Below are positions 11,901 to 25,514 of a stretch of DNA of 64,000 nucleotides, in pieces; the first letter of the stretch is position 1, and every line of letters starts with the position of its first letter. The position numbers and the translations under genes were made by a program. The stretch is from Carcharhinus longimanus. Taxonomy: Eukaryota. The stretch lies in contig JASCQW010000027.1 of assembly GCA_030264375.1 (NCBI GenBank), forward strand, positions 83,682,360-83,746,359, given 5' to 3'. Below the pieces are notes generated by a model, which worked only from the letters and a program-made list of their open reading frames with translations, was not told where the DNA came from and made no database searches.

Positions 11901-12681
11901 GGTAGAGATAGTGCTAGGATCAGCAATGACAAAGGTTTTTATATCGGGTGCCTCCGAGATGATATTTTGGAGCCTTCATTCACTTGCGCAAATCCCGCTT
12001 CATCCCTATCCTACTGTCTGGTTTGAAGAGCAAGCTGCACTTTGTGTGAGCATGGACCTCTGACTTTCCACTCCAATCCCTTCTCTCAATCCAACCGTTC
12101 CTTACTTCATTCGTACTTTCAGATACCCAGACCTGCCATTTGATCGGACAGTGCAGTCCCACTCTGAAAGATGTGAGCTAGAATGCTTGATACTGAGTGA
12201 CGCCACAATCTGTCCAATCTGCAAGTTTTTGTTGGATGTATAGAAGTACATTGGTACCAATACCCTTAGCCTAGTGGACCACACCAGAAACAGATTGGCC
12301 ACCATTTTCATCACTCCAAGCTTCCATGGCATAACATCTGTGGCACAATAGAGATTAATTTGGTAGCCTATAATTATATTCCAATTTTTGAGGTAATAAC
12401 CCATGTTTTTATTCACCTTCTTTCGTTCNNNNNNNNNNNNNNNNNNNNNNNNNNNNNNTTCTTTCGTTCTTCCCCAGCTATGATCATCAGTATTCCCTGC
12501 AAAGACAGTCGAGGAGGTGGCTTTGCTTCAGAGTTTGCTAATAAATTTTTTTTTGAGGTTCTAATTAATGAATGACCAATGTAGACACATTGTTGCTGAG
12601 CAGGTATGCTCCTCCAAGTCCCAATCTCTCAAGAAAAGATTGTAATCTATAGTACTGAGAGCTTCAAGCTTTGGCAAGTTC

Positions 12682-12966
12682 AGTGGCACAGTGGTTAGCA
12701 CTGCTGCCTCACAGTGCCAAGGACCTGGGTTCGATTTCCGGCTTGGATCACTGTGTGTGGGGACTGCACGTTCTCCTTGTGTCTGCGTGGGTTTCCTCCA
12801 GTTTCCTCCCACAGTCTGAAAGGCATGCTGGTTAAGCACATTGGCCATGCTAAATTCCCCCTCAGTATGTCTGAACAAGTGCCAGAGGGTGGCGACTGGG
12901 GGATGTTCACAGTAACTTCATTGCAGTGTTAATGTAAGCAGACTTGCGACACAAGTAAATAAACTA
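12682..12966 (+). mobile_element. V-SINE variant B (alternative, Rex1-like tail)
   Basis: HE1-like head and V-domain followed by ...ttcacagtaacttcattgcagtgttaatgtaagc..acttgcgaca..aataaact. Confidence 0.85.
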
Positions 12967-15779
12967 AAATTAAGTTCATCCCAGATGAGTATGAAGTCAA
13001 GCTGAAATGCAGCAGAGCAGTGTTAACTTTTGGATTTTACCATCACATAACCATTTGGCTAAATTGCCAAATTAAAAAAAATCTTCTTTCACCTGTTGTT
13101 TTCTGAAACCATTTTTGATTACCCATAATCATTTAATCCATCCAATTGAATTCTCCAACTGAATGGGACACTCATTTTGTTGATACTGTATCTTGTTGAC
13201 TGCAGTAACTGAACATTACTTTGCAGCTAATCTTTGTTATTCATTGCAGGTTAAAAGCATGCAATGTTTGTGATCCTTAGAGAAGTGAAAAACTTCCATT
13301 ATCTAAGTACAAAAGAATGCTGAGGTGAAATTGAGAATCTAGTGCAATCCAGAAATAAAATCTGGAGTAACCTATTCTTCATACTTTTTGGATATCTAGT
13401 AATCAAATACAAATGAACAGCCAATTTGTTACTTTAAGTTAAATAATTGCAGCAATATTTTAAACAGACAACCATGATTTGAAGGTTTAGAGATTATTTA
13501 ATTTCCTTCGCAGATTGCTGGTATTAATTTTTCAGTAAGACAGTAACACACTTGCTATTGGATATTTTAATGACCTTCCATAGCACTGTTTTTCTTTATA
13601 GTCGCTACAAAAGCTTACTAATATTTAAGTGCAAATATTCTGATCATGGTGATGAATTGGTGATTCTATTAACTTCAGTGCTTGTTGTCGTTGTTACAAG
13701 TTTTCCTGAAATCGATTTTAGTGTGCATTTACAGCAAATTCCCAGCCTGGATTGTGCCTGCTAATGAGAGCTTTGCTGTTAGTTGGAAAATGAATGGGAA
13801 GGCAAGGATTTGTGTGCAATAGGAAGTCACAAGGATTATAGTTGGTATTTGAAGAAGTCATCTGATTGATGTGGGGCAGAAAGCTTGAAAAGATTGAGTG
13901 ACATTGCAGGTCAATGCCATTTTCACAAGCTGCTTTGGAGGTGAATCTATTCGAAGTTCAGCACAGCAGGACTGACCTGTCAATAACTCAGAGCACCTTC
14001 CCATGAGAGACTTTTCAGCTCTGCTAGGTGGGTGGGAGAAGAGTAAATGCTGAGATCATAGCCTGCCAGGTGCCTGCCATGGATAAGCTGGCCATTATTT
14101 CACTATAACACGTAGATAGATCAGCAAATAATGCATACAACAGTGGGATAGAAATTTATCTGGGTCAGTTTGTGGATCCTGGATTGTCAACATTGTCAGA
14201 ACCGTGCACCCTGGAAGAGGCTGCAATTGGGCCATGGGTCTCTTTAACCTGTTGTGCCACCATTGGCAACTTGAGCATTTGAGGGGGGTACATTTTGGGC
14301 CATTTGTATTGTCAGCAGTTGGCTTCATGAAAAGCCAAGCAATGGGGTAACATTGGAGTGATACTGCTACCCCCTCTTGACACCCCAGGAAGAGTTATTA
14401 GAAATTCGTTAGAAAATATCTTATCCCCCAGTTGGCAACTACTCTTTGGGCCTCTGAAGAATCCTGAATAGTANNNNNNNNNNNNNNNNNNNNNNNNNNN
14501 NNNNNNNNNNNNNNNNNNNNNNNNNNNNNNNNNNNNNNNNNNNNNNNNNNNGAGAGCGGGGGAATGGTGGTGGGAGGTCATTAAAATAACAGGAAACTGT
14601 GTTGGGATGGCTTCCTGACAAGTCCCACTATCAAGGCAATTTCCCAGCAGTGCGTGGGACTATACGTGGAACGGACTGTTTGCTCCAATGAGGTAAATAG
14701 CTGATTTGCAAACTTAAAGGCCCACTTAAAGAAGCTGGTGGCATTTTGCTGCTGGTAACACCCACCTAGGGGGAGGCCACCAGCTTGAGGGAGCTTAATC
14801 AGCCTAAGAGGGGAGTTGAGAGGAGGGGATTGGAGCCAAATATTCCCTGCCCAAAGTGGGGGCCATCAGGAAGGAAGGCAGGCTCGACAAATCCAACAAT
14901 CTCCTTGGAGGATTTTCCCTGCTGGCCCTCAGCGCCTGAATCTTTCATTTTTTTCTTTTTAGTTGGTTTTCTGCCTATCCCAACAGCACTCAGCTCTCCC
15001 AATGGCACTTCTGAGGCTTCAGCAACACAGGCCTTCTAATTGAGTCAGCAGTACCAGGCTCCCACTGACAACTGGCTCACAGGCAGCCAATTAGGAAGCT
15101 GCCTATGATAAAAATCACCAAGCTGGTCCCACTGCTGGCAAGGGCAGGCCAAGGATTTACTCTTTGTCTCAGCCTAATAGCCCTGAAACCTGTGGTAAGG
15201 TTTGGTCTATTCATCACTGCCCAGGGTCTGTGTGGGAAACTTAAATGTTTTCCTATGTTAAGGATTAAATGCTGTTTTAGCAGGGAAGCCTGAAAATGTC
15301 CAACCTAATTGGGGCATAAGATATTGGGCCCCAAACATCAACCTGCACGAATCATTTTTTATTCCTGTAAAATGGGGACAACAAGTCAGGGCCAAACCAT
15401 CAGTAGAATCAAAGCTGTGGGAGCAGGCTTAGGTGCAAAGCTCCTAACGTCTCGCAATTTGTCCCCGCCAATCATTATGGTTTTACTGACTATAGCAGGG
15501 GGCTTCCTTTCACATGTCAGAAATATGGAGGGAAGGCAAAATGTGATGTTTAGTTAGTGCCTAAAGATGATTTAACACCCAACCAGCCATCATGGACCTT
15601 GCAGCTCTGTTTAACACCCTCCCATAAACAAGTCAGCTGAACATGTATACAACAAAAGCCCCTCACCCTACCAATGACATTTAAATGCATTACCATCCAA
15701 TTTACAGGCTAGTTTCTTTTGACTCTCTATTCAACTTTGCAGAATTAGAAGTGCTGTGTTATTGGAGGAATTGTGAAAA

Positions 15780-16950
15780 ATTGGTGAAGTCAATGAGGAG
15801 TGTTACTGGGCATTGAGAAGGAGTTATGTGTTTCTAAAATCTCTTGAGTACACCAATTGCTCCCAGTCGTAAGGGCTTTGGTTGCAATTCCCCTTGGACT
15901 GCAGCATCAGAATGAGATGGAACAGAGGTAGCAAAGAAGCCAAGATGTTCACAGAGGGTGGAGGAGGAATGTTCTTAGCAGGAGGCAATACTCTAAGTTA
16001 AAATAAAGTTTATTTATTAGTCACAAGTAAAGCTTACATTAACACTGCAATGAAGTTACTGTGAAATTCCCCTAGTTGCTACACTCCGGCACCTGTTCAG
16101 GTCAACGCACCTAACCAGCACATCTTTCAGCCTGTGGAAGGAAACCAGAGCACCCTGAGGAAACCCATGCAGACACGGGGAGAATGTGCAAACTCCGCAC
16201 AGACAGTGATCCAAGCCTGGAGTTGAACCTGGGTCCCTGGTGCTATGAAGCAGCAGTGCTAAGCACTGTGCCATCGCACTGCCCACTCACCTAGGATTTT
16301 TAGAGAGCACATCATCTAACTACACTTGAGGGAGGAACAGTGTGTTCAGCAGCTGTGTTTCACCAAGGAGCGGATCACAGACTGCACCATCTGTCACAAC
16401 TTGGCTTGCAATCTCAAAGCAGGGCAAGAATGGCACTGCCAACGGCTGTCGAGGTAACCATCAACCTGAATTTTAATCCTGTGGATTTTACAGGTTGGAA
16501 CAACTGATATTGCTGACATATCAGCTTATTGTCTATCACTGCATCCAGGAGGCATAGAGCACAAGAGTCTTCTAACTAAACAAAGGAGCAGGCATATGGC
16601 TTTCCTGGGATAGCATCTCAGTGGACATATGTCCTGAAACCACAAAGGGTACCATTCAATGTGCAGTTGATGAGATTCACGTCATTAAATTTCCATTATT
16701 CTAGCAACAGTAATGATGCTTTCATTCTGCACCAATCCAGAATTCCAGCAATCTTCAAGCCTCCATGTTAAATCAGAGAATGGCTGTTTGGTGACCAGAG
16801 CTATCTGGCCAATTGTAGTTTTAAGCTCATAGCCACTGAAATCCATGCCGAAATGAGGAACATTGTCAAGCATACTATAGGTGCGATGTATTGAATGGTT
16901 TCACTGCCTAGACTGATCTGAAGCACTCCTCCAATGTTTCTTCCTCACAC
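15780..16950 (+). mobile_element. PIF/Harbinger DDE transposase relic (HARBI1-like), split by a SINE
   Basis: Frameshifted motifs ALPTAVEVTINLNF, KGYH(S)xNVQL, SNSNDAFILH, GCLVT/WLFGDQSY, RNIVKHTIG, WFHCLD. Confidence 0.7.
16003..16285 (-). mobile_element. V-SINE variant B
   Basis: Full-length minus copy with the variant-B tail. Confidence 0.85.
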
Positions 16951-17459
16951 TCATGTCTCCTGAGGAATCACTAATTGGTCAGGGAGCAGTTTTTAGATGT
17001 TGAAGTTCATAAATGCACATAGTGAGGGTTAAGATGAAGTAAGATGACATGGGGTTGAAAGCATGGTTACACCATCTGCAACATGTACCATCATAACATA
17101 TTGTAGAATAAGGTAGGATCTAAAAAAATGGCTTAGGTGGGAATATATCATCACCCTTGATAGTTTAATTAAAACTAATGACCACAGCCTCAATATTTGT
17201 TGATCCAGTTATTCCCAACATTGTCTCCTCCATTGAGGTCAGCACATGAGCTGTGACTGGGTCCCTGCTTTTTAGTTGCTGCTACCACCAATTATGGTAT
17301 CTCCTGGCCTCGCTATTGTGAACAGGGTTTCCCATTTAATACACTCCACACCACCATGATGCCTGCAATGGGGGTGCATCATTAGCAGGCCCAGAAGATT
17401 TCACCGATGCGAATGGCCTGAAACTTTCAGCCAGAGTTAATGTTTTGCATTTGTATGAT

Positions 17460-17560
17460 TGAGGAAGAGAATTAAGAACTCAAAATGCTAACTTTTTTTC
17501 TCTCTCCGCAGATGCTGCCAGACCTGATTGAGGTTTACCAGAATTTGTTGTTTTCATTCA
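17460..17560 (+). mobile_element. Penelope family 1 terminal fragment
   Basis: tctctctccgcagatgctgccagacctgattgagg...ccagaatttgttgttttc. Confidence 0.55.
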
Positions 17561-18214
17561 CTAACCTTGACTACTCATATGAAATCTTCACACTTCTTGC
17601 TCAGCGTATCCAGGTGCTTGTGCCAGACAAATGGCATTGACCTCCATACCCACCTGCTGCCATTGACTTCTGAACAGTTGACAGACCAGCCTTTTGGCCC
17701 CTTGAAGAAAGAGAGCTTCTCTCCTCCATCCACCTCCTGCACCAGCAATACCAGTATGGCATCAGAAATCCTGAGGTCCCATCTTCTTGTTTGTCGTGTC
17801 ATTTCAGGCCCCCATGAAAGCTTTTCCAACTTTGCCTAATCAGATTCAACCCCTGCTGAACCAAAATGCAATTTGCCCTTAAGAGTTGTGGATTGGCTTT
17901 GAGTAGTACAAGCCATTGGTGTTAACCTCCTTTCAGATTGGCCCCTGCTGAGTTGTGCAGTCACTCAGCAACATGTTCAGCAGTAGACTGCAAATCACAA
18001 TCATAGAAATGAGCAGATGGCATGAACTTTCCGCTCTACTTTCATCAATTCAAATGAGCACTGATTGTCGCATATTGTGATCTCCACACCCAGGGTCAAA
18101 GTGTATCCAAATTAATCACCCCAATATCAATCTCAGAGTGTCTATGTCTTCCTGGAGCTGTATTCTTGGGCACCACAGAATTGCTGTCTCCACATTTCAC
18201 GTTTATGACCATGC

Positions 18215-18410
18215 ATTTGATTTAATTTAATTATTGTCCCGTGTATTAGTATACAGCGAACAGTATTGTTTCTTGTGCGCTATACAGACAAAACACACTG
18301 TTCATAGAGAAAGAAAGGCAAGAGTGCAGGATGTGATGGTTACAGTCATAGCTAAGTGTAGAGAAAGATCAACTTAATGTGAGGTAGGTCCAATCAAAAG
18401 TCTGAAGGCA
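18215..18410 (-). mobile_element. Rex1/Babar LINE 3' end
   Basis: Reverse complement matches 53130-53325. Confidence 0.8.
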
Positions 18411-20644
18411 GGGAATACTGAAATGTGTATTTCAGTAATTCCTACCGTAATTTAACTTAACCATTATTTTACATTAAGGCTGCTGCTGTTAGGAGCCTTT
18501 TAAAAAAATTAATTTGTTGCAAAGATTATGATTGAGCACAGCAAACACTTTAATTGTATCCTATTTTAACCTGTCCAGCAGAAAATCAGCGAGATCAGAT
18601 TGGCTATCACTTTTACAACTGCCCAACATTACTTTCCATTCTCTTCATTGAGAGGTAAAATCAGGCAAAGTGTTAAACAGACACTGTATTGAACCTGGGC
18701 AAGTTAGGTTAAAATTAGCCTCTTCTTTTTTCCTCTTTCTTTTTTGAATATTGTTATTTGAGTGGTATAACAACTGGACCAGGCTCAGTTGATGACCCTG
18801 ACAGTTTGATGAATTAGCTCTGGATTTACTATAGCACCCTCACTGACGTTCCATCCATTTCCCACACATTGTTTGCCAGTATCACGTCCACCAAGTTCCC
18901 CTGGTGACATAAATCAGCGCTCCATGATTAAACAAAATAAAGATGTTAGAGAGAAAATGTTTCTGAAGTTATTTATAGTTTCTTTCTCAAAACAGCAAAG
19001 CGCCTCACTGTTTAAACTTCCAAATTAGACATTTCAGATAGAAAATACGATATAGAGAATAAACAGCAGATTTTCTTTTCAAATAAATTTTGTTATTGCT
19101 GTCAATTCTAATAGAGTTCTTTAACAGATTGCTTCCAGGAAAATCCTAATGCACGATTAATCATTTTATATTTTATCTGCAGTTTTTTTTTCCAAGCTCA
19201 ATTTATTTAATACAATGTTAAAAATGCTTTTAAAGATTGAAAGTTATACTACAACCACCCAATTTGGTTGAATAAAACAGGCTGACACCAGATGCATCAT
19301 TTTTAACAGATGGATTAAAAAAAGACACCTAATAACATTCCAGTGAATATATTTGATCCCTGTGTTAATCACAGAATGACTGTATTACCTATGGATCAAA
19401 ATTAAGCTTTTGGTTGTTGGTAAGGTTTCTGATTATTTAATTATGTTCAAAATTATTTTCAAATCATGCACTATGGTTTGAAACATAGCCAGGTGTGGAT
19501 GGGTGTGTTACAAGTTTCCCACATATATTAGAACACGTTTGCAAAGCTGTTGCCTAAACTCCAACTAAGTGTGTTAAATGGTGAACAGATCTGATTAACC
19601 TCTGAGTAACTTTTGATCAGTGAAAGGGGTCTGGGAGAATGCTATCCACAAGTCAAGGTCAGAGTCTGTGTCAATAGATGAACTCTTGGCTAAATTTCAG
19701 TCGGAAGCTACTAACTTGGAATGTTGTTATATTGTCTTTACAAAAATACTTTGAAAAGTTGTGATGCAAGAATTTAATGTTAAGAAAAATTTAATTGAGT
19801 TCAATAAAAGTTTTGTTCCAGGGTGAAAAATGTCACACATCAATCTGAGTAATACTAAGACACACAAAATGATGCAAAGTGTGCACGTGCATGGCACGTT
19901 ACACATCCTCATATCTTTATTTTCAATGGAGATTTCTTATAGGATTGACTTCTTCTGGAATGAGACCAGATTTGGTGATCAATAAGGTTGAGTTTGTAAA
20001 GCTGGAATCTCCCATCAGTAGATGTAGGGAGCTGAGGAAATAAATGAGATACTAAGGTCAGGGAAAGAATGTGTCAATGACGTAGTTCGGGGGACAGTGA
20101 GGTCTTTCACTACGTCTTCAATAACATCTTCCCTGTTGTTATACTTGTGGAGCATTCCTGTAGGTTAGGAAATGGCTGTTAGAAATTAAAACCTGCATTC
20201 CACATGATTTCCAACACCAGAGGTCAAATTCTCAGTCCCGGTTGCATATCTCACCATAACAGGATCTCCTTTCATCTGTCCCTGTAAAGAGCAGGGATTT
20301 TCTCCTTCTCCACTCAAAACCAGGAGATGATTTGGTGGTCCTGAGTGAAATTGAAAAATAACTGAAAGTGGAACATTAGATCACCCCTGGTATAAACAGG
20401 GATTGAAGGGGAAGATAGGAGGAGTACAATTACCTTGCTGGAACAAGATGGCAGATAAAAGATTCATTAGGTATGATTAATTGATTAGTCCTGCACATGC
20501 TTGACGAACAAAAAGAATAATTGTAATTAAAGTTTAGAATATCAGTGCAGTTGGATGGTCACTTGAAGATGTGTGGCTAGAGTTCTCTGAATCAGTGTCA
20601 GTTATAATGCCTGGGCTCTAGTCCTTTTCCTTGGTGATTCCTTC

Positions 20645-21030
20645 CTTAGGCTTTTCAAGAAAGGAGGAGAAACCCAGGAATGAGAGGCCCTGAAGTTACC
20701 TAATATCAGTAGTAGGGAAAATGCTAGAATACATTCGTAGTTTCAGAATAAGGTGTTGGATATTTAGGACTGAGGTTAGGAAAATTTTCTTTACTTGTAA
20801 GATTGTGACTCTTTGGAATTCTCTACCTCAGAGAACGATGGATGCTCAGGTTTGGACGATATTACCCAAGACAGAGATTGATAGGCATAAATATTAATGG
20901 ATAAGGAGACAGTGCAGTAAGGTAAAGTTTGAGTAGACAATCAGCCTGACCATACTGAGTGGCAGATGAGGCTCAAAAGACTGAATGACCAATTCCTTTC
21001 CCTATTTCTTGTACCTTTATGTTCTTATAA
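20645..21030 (+). mobile_element. CR1 LINE fragments
   Basis: cttttcaagaaaggaggagaaacccagg..., ctttggaattctctacctcag, and 3' tail cctatttcttgtacctttatgttctt. Confidence 0.7.
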
Positions 21031-21369
21031 ACTGATACCTTGGCCAGAGTTTGCCAATGACAATGATGTGGAAGAACCATTTGGAGGAATCTAGCTCCAG
21101 ATAATATTGTAGCCTGCAGAATAACTCTGACTTGGTCTCTCTTGTGATGCTAGGGAGCTGTCAAAGGAGCCTTGGTGTGTTGCTGCAGGACACTTTATAG
21201 ATAATATTGACTGCTGCTAGTGTACATCAGTGTGAGAGGAAGAGAATTTTTAAGTCAGTGGAAAGGGTGCCAAACAAGCAGTCTGCTTTGTCTTGGATAG
21301 TGTCGAGCTTCTTGAGTGTTGTTGGAGCTGCATTCATCCAGGCAAGTGGAGAGTATTCCATCACATTGG

Positions 21370-22040
21370 CTGGGTGGGAGGGTGAGATTTGAGGAGAATG
21401 CAGATGCTTCAGTGTGATTTGGACAAGTTGAGTGAGTGGGCAAAAGCTTGGCAGATGCAGTATAGTGAGGACAAATGTGAGGTTATCCACACTGGTAGCA
21501 AAACAGGAAGGCAGATTATTACCTGAATAACTGGAGATAGATTGAGATGGGGAATATGCAATGAGACCTGGGTGTCGCTGAACATTGGTTGCTTGAAGTA
21601 AATGCACAGGTGCAGTGGGCAATGAAGAAGGCAAACGGTTTTTGGACTTCATGGCAGGAGGATTTGAGTACAGGAGCAGGGATGTCTTTCTGCCATTATA
21701 CGGGGCCTTAGTGAGACCATACCTGGAATATTGTATATAACTTTGGTCTCTTTATCAGAGGAAGAATGTTCTAGCTATGGAGGAAGTGCAACAAAGATTT
21801 ATCAAATTGATTCCTGGGATAGCAGGACTGTCGTATGAGGAGAGACTAAGTCAGTTTGAATTATATTCGCTGGAGTTTAGAAAAAGGAGGGGGATCTCAT
21901 AGAAACCCAAAAAACTCAAATAGGGCTATCCAAGGTAGATTCAGGAAGGATGATAGGAGAGTCCTGAACCAGGGGTCACATCTAAGGATACGGGGTAAGC
22001 CATTTAGGACTGAGATGAGGATAAATGTCTTCACCCTGAG
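21370..22040 (+). mobile_element. CR1 LINE ORF2 fragment
   Basis: LYGALVRPYLEYCI.LWS and HLRIRGKPFRTEMR motifs. Confidence 0.8.
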
Positions 22041-22245
22041 CCAGCTGGGGCTCAGTGATTATGATGGTACCAGAGTATTCCAAGGGGAGGTGGTTGGGTT
22101 TCTTGTTGTTGGAGATAGTCATTGCCAAATAGTTGTGGCATGTGAATGCTACTTGCCACTTACCAGCCCAAACTTAAATATTGTCCTGGCCTTGCTACGT
22201 ATGGGCACAAACTGCATCTGATGAGTTGTGAATGATGCTGAACAG

Positions 22246-23624
22246 GTAAAGGTGATGATACTGTGCTATTTTGCAATATTTTGTCATGGAAGTCCACAGC
22301 ATGGAAACAAGCCCTTCAGCTGATCTTGGCCATACCATTCTTTTTTTTAAACACTAAGCTAGTCCCAATTGCCCACATTTGGCCCGTATCCCTCNNNNNN
22401 NNNNNNNNNNNNNNNNNNNNNNNNNNNNNNNNNNNNNNNNNNNNNNNNNNNNNNNNNNNNNNNNNNNNNNNNNNNNNNNNNNNNNNNNNNNNNNCTAGTC
22501 CCAATTGCCCACATTTGGCCCGTATCCCTCCATACCCATTTTATCCATGTAACTGTCCTTTTAAAAGAAAAAAAATGTACCTGCCTCTACTACTACCTCT
22601 GGCAGTTTGTTCCAGACACTCACCACCCTCTGTGTGAAAAAATTACCTTTCTGGACCCTTTTGTATCTCTCCCCTCTCACTTTAAACTTTTGCCATCTAG
22701 TTTTAGACTCCTCTACCTTTGGGAAAAGATGTTGAGTATCTATGCCCCTCATTATTTTATAGACCTCTATAAAATCACCCCAAGTCTTCTATGCTCTGGG
22801 GGAAAAAGTCCCAGTCTATTATCCAGCCTCTCCTTAAAACTCAAACTATCAAGTGCCGGTAGCATCTTAGTATATCTTTTCTGCATTCTTTCTAGTTTAA
22901 TAATATCCTTTTTACAATAGAAAGTTGTGTTTAAGGTGGGGATGCTTTAAGAAGAAGTGTTTCGTTACAGGAGTTGATTTGTCTGGTAAACGTGCAGCAG
23001 ATGCTAAGAATGCAGGCTAATAACTGATTTTAGCTTAGAATATGTTACTTTGCAGAGTTAATGACCTTTTATTTATTTAGGTTCTCCTGGGATTTTAGAG
23101 TATGCAGGGTCTTATGAGTTTTCAATTAGGTTGAATTACAAGGGCCATATCGTGTGATTAATGAGAGGAGTTAAGCGTGCAAGAAAATGCCAGTTTCATT
23201 TTCATTTTTAAAATACAAGTAGTTGCTGCCTGGGCTGCTAGAAGAAAGCAGTATCCCTCTGTCTCTCTCTCCAAAAGGTTTTCTGAAAGATTCAAGCCTG
23301 ATAACCTAAGTTAAAGCAAGTGTGCCTTAAATAAAAGTTTATGTCTGTAAGAAACATTTTGCTTGATTGGAACTCAGTAATAGGTTAGCAGTTAAGAACT
23401 ATGCCTTGCCATGTTTATGTAGTGTACAATTGTTAAAGGTCAAGCTAATTCATTTGATATAATTACATTGTGTTGTTAAATAAAGTTTGTTTTTGTAAAA
23501 GCTTCCCAGTATACCAGCCTGGAGTGAAACATCTTACCCTCACTCTAATGCCAAAATAGAAAATTGTTGGGGTCTATTCTGACTTTACAATATACTTAGG
23601 GTTTCTGATCTGGTACCTGAACAC
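22246..23624 (+). mobile_element. Probable solo LTR, interrupted by CR1 at 22285-22920
   Basis: Separates two collinear LINE halves (...tgctgaaca | cagtcatcag...). Has aataaa signals and ends ...ctggtacctgaaca. Confidence 0.5.
22285..22920 (-). mobile_element. CR1 LINE 3' part
   Basis: MRGIDTQHLFPKVEESKTRWQKFKVRGERYKRVQKGNFFTQRVVSVWNKLPEVVVEAG. Confidence 0.9.
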
Positions 23625-24029
23625 AGTCATCAGTGAACGTCCCCATTCCAGACCTTTTGTTGGAAGGAATATCATTAATAAAACAGCTGTAGATGGTTGG
23701 ACCTCAGATACTACCCTGCAGTAATTTTCTGAGACTAAGACAATTGCCTCCAAAAACCACAACCATCTTCCTTTATGCTAACCATGGCTCCAAACAGTGG
23801 GTAATTTCCCTCTAGATTTCCAATGAGTTTAATTTTTCCAGGGTTCATTGAAGCTACACTCATCAAATGCTATCTTGATGTCAAGAGCAGTCACTTTCAC
23901 CTCACCTTTCAAGTTCAGCTGTTTTGGACCAAGATGGTGATGATGTCAGGATTTGAGTGGCCCTGGACCATCACACCCTGCACAATCATACCAACGTGCT
24001 GGGTACTGTCCAATGAGTGATTCCCTCCT

Positions 24030-24455
24030 GAATCCTTAAAAATGCCCCGGCGTTTGCAAGGCTCAAGCTAAGAGTTTGATGATGTGCTCACTCTATGCCT
24101 GGATTAGTGCAGCTGCACTAACATTCAATGATCTCATGTCATATTGGGCAGAGTCAAAACTGTCCACTTGATTGGTGCCTCACCACTGGTCTCAATATCT
24201 GTCCTTTCCACTAATGGGAAATGTGACTGAGCTGCAGACTATTTGTAGGAATGCATTGACAAGATTTTGCAAGATCAAGTTCCATGAGCCATAACTCCTT
24301 CAATCAAGAAAGACAAGAATACTAAGATCCTGAGAAAATCATCCACTCTTAATATGCACATATTTAACATTGGACATATGTGGCCTTTCCTTCAATGGTG
24401 TTGGGTCAAAGTCTTGTAATTATGTGCATGATGTCTTGTGAAAGCCCCATCAGGA
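24030..24455 (+). mobile_element. Old L2/Crack-like LINE fragment
   Basis: gcctggattagtgcagctgcactaacattc...ccacttgattggtgcc, a diverged homolog of the family. Confidence 0.55.
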
Positions 24456-24456
24456 T

Positions 24457-24730
24457 ATAGAATCATAGAATCCCTACAGTGCAGAAGAGGCCATTCAGCC
24501 CATCAAGAATGCACCAACTTTCTGACAGAGTATCTTACCCAGGCCTTCTCCCCCACCTTCTCCCTATGAGCCTACACATTTCCCATGATTAATCCTATGT
24601 AACGTATATCAAAGGGCAATTTAGCATGTCCAACCTACCTAATTTGCATACCTTTGTTCTATGGGAGGAAACTGGGACACCTGGAGGAAACCCATGCAGA
24701 CACAGGGAGAATGGGCAAACTCATAACACA
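24457..24730 (-). mobile_element. HE1 SINE, 5'-truncated
   Basis: V-domain plus (atagaatc)n tail. Confidence 0.85.
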
Positions 24731-25514
24731 TGGATAACATGATAGTGCCTCCTGTTGATCTCAACTGAATATTTCTCTCTCTCNNNNNNNNNNNNNNNNN
24801 NNNNNNNNNNNNNNNNNNNNNNNNNNNNNNNNNNNNNNNNNNNNNNNNNNNNNNNNNNNNNNNNNNNNNNNNNNNNNNNNNNNTACCAGGATGCTTAATA
24901 TATATTGTGTTCTCTCCTTCTGTTCTCAAATGTTAATATAAGGGTGCAAACTGCTCACTCTGAACTTCCTTTTCTACCAGATATGGTGCTTTGCCATCTG
25001 TGGCATAATGCCCTGGAATATTACTGGCAGGGCTAAGCCTACTCTGCCAGTTATCCAACAGGTAAATGTACTTCTTGAATTATTACACATCTATAATATA
25101 ACAAAATCAAAGCGATCACTGGCGGTATGCTACAGATCACCATGTCAACGTAAGGGGACAAGAACTCAATCATGAAAAGCAAGGAAAGGGATGCAAGAAC
25201 AGGAAAGTTGTTTTAATGAGACACTTCAAACAACCCAGATAAATTGGGTGAATGGTTTAAAGTTGGTCAATATAATGCCTGAGTGCCTCTTGATCTAATG
25301 AATCAAGAGTGCTGCACTCACAGATCTGTTATTCATAAAAGACTTGGCACAGCATGTAAGTCCCTCAGACCAACAAGTGCAGTTTGCTAAAGTTTAAATG
25401 TATAACTCAGATCCAAGAGGCAAAGATTTCAATTTACAAAGTGCGATTTCAGTGGTGAGGGAACAGCCAAACCAAATATCCCGAATCAGTCTTTGTAGCA
25501 CCATCTCAATAAAA

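Larger units (their letters stand above)
21150..23970 (-). mobile_element. L2/Crack-like LINE in pieces (21150-21370, 22040-22245, 23625-23970) hosting nested insertions
   Basis: VMEYSPLAWMNAAPTTLKKLDTIQDKADCL; collinearity resumes across the inserted CR1 and LTR sequences. Confidence 0.7.

Noticed and set aside
11980-12420. Minus-strand ORFs of 60 and 104 aa
   Set aside because: No recognisable domain or convincing splice sites; probably a decayed unknown repeat.
17570-18200. Possible convergent Myb gene of the 15.8-kb Harbinger
   Set aside because: Composition is suggestive, but I could not read a diagnostic motif.
22359-22530. 36-bp direct repeat flanking a 100-N gap
   Set aside because: Identical sequence on both gap edges indicates an unmerged contig overlap; the same pattern occurs at 12419-12469.
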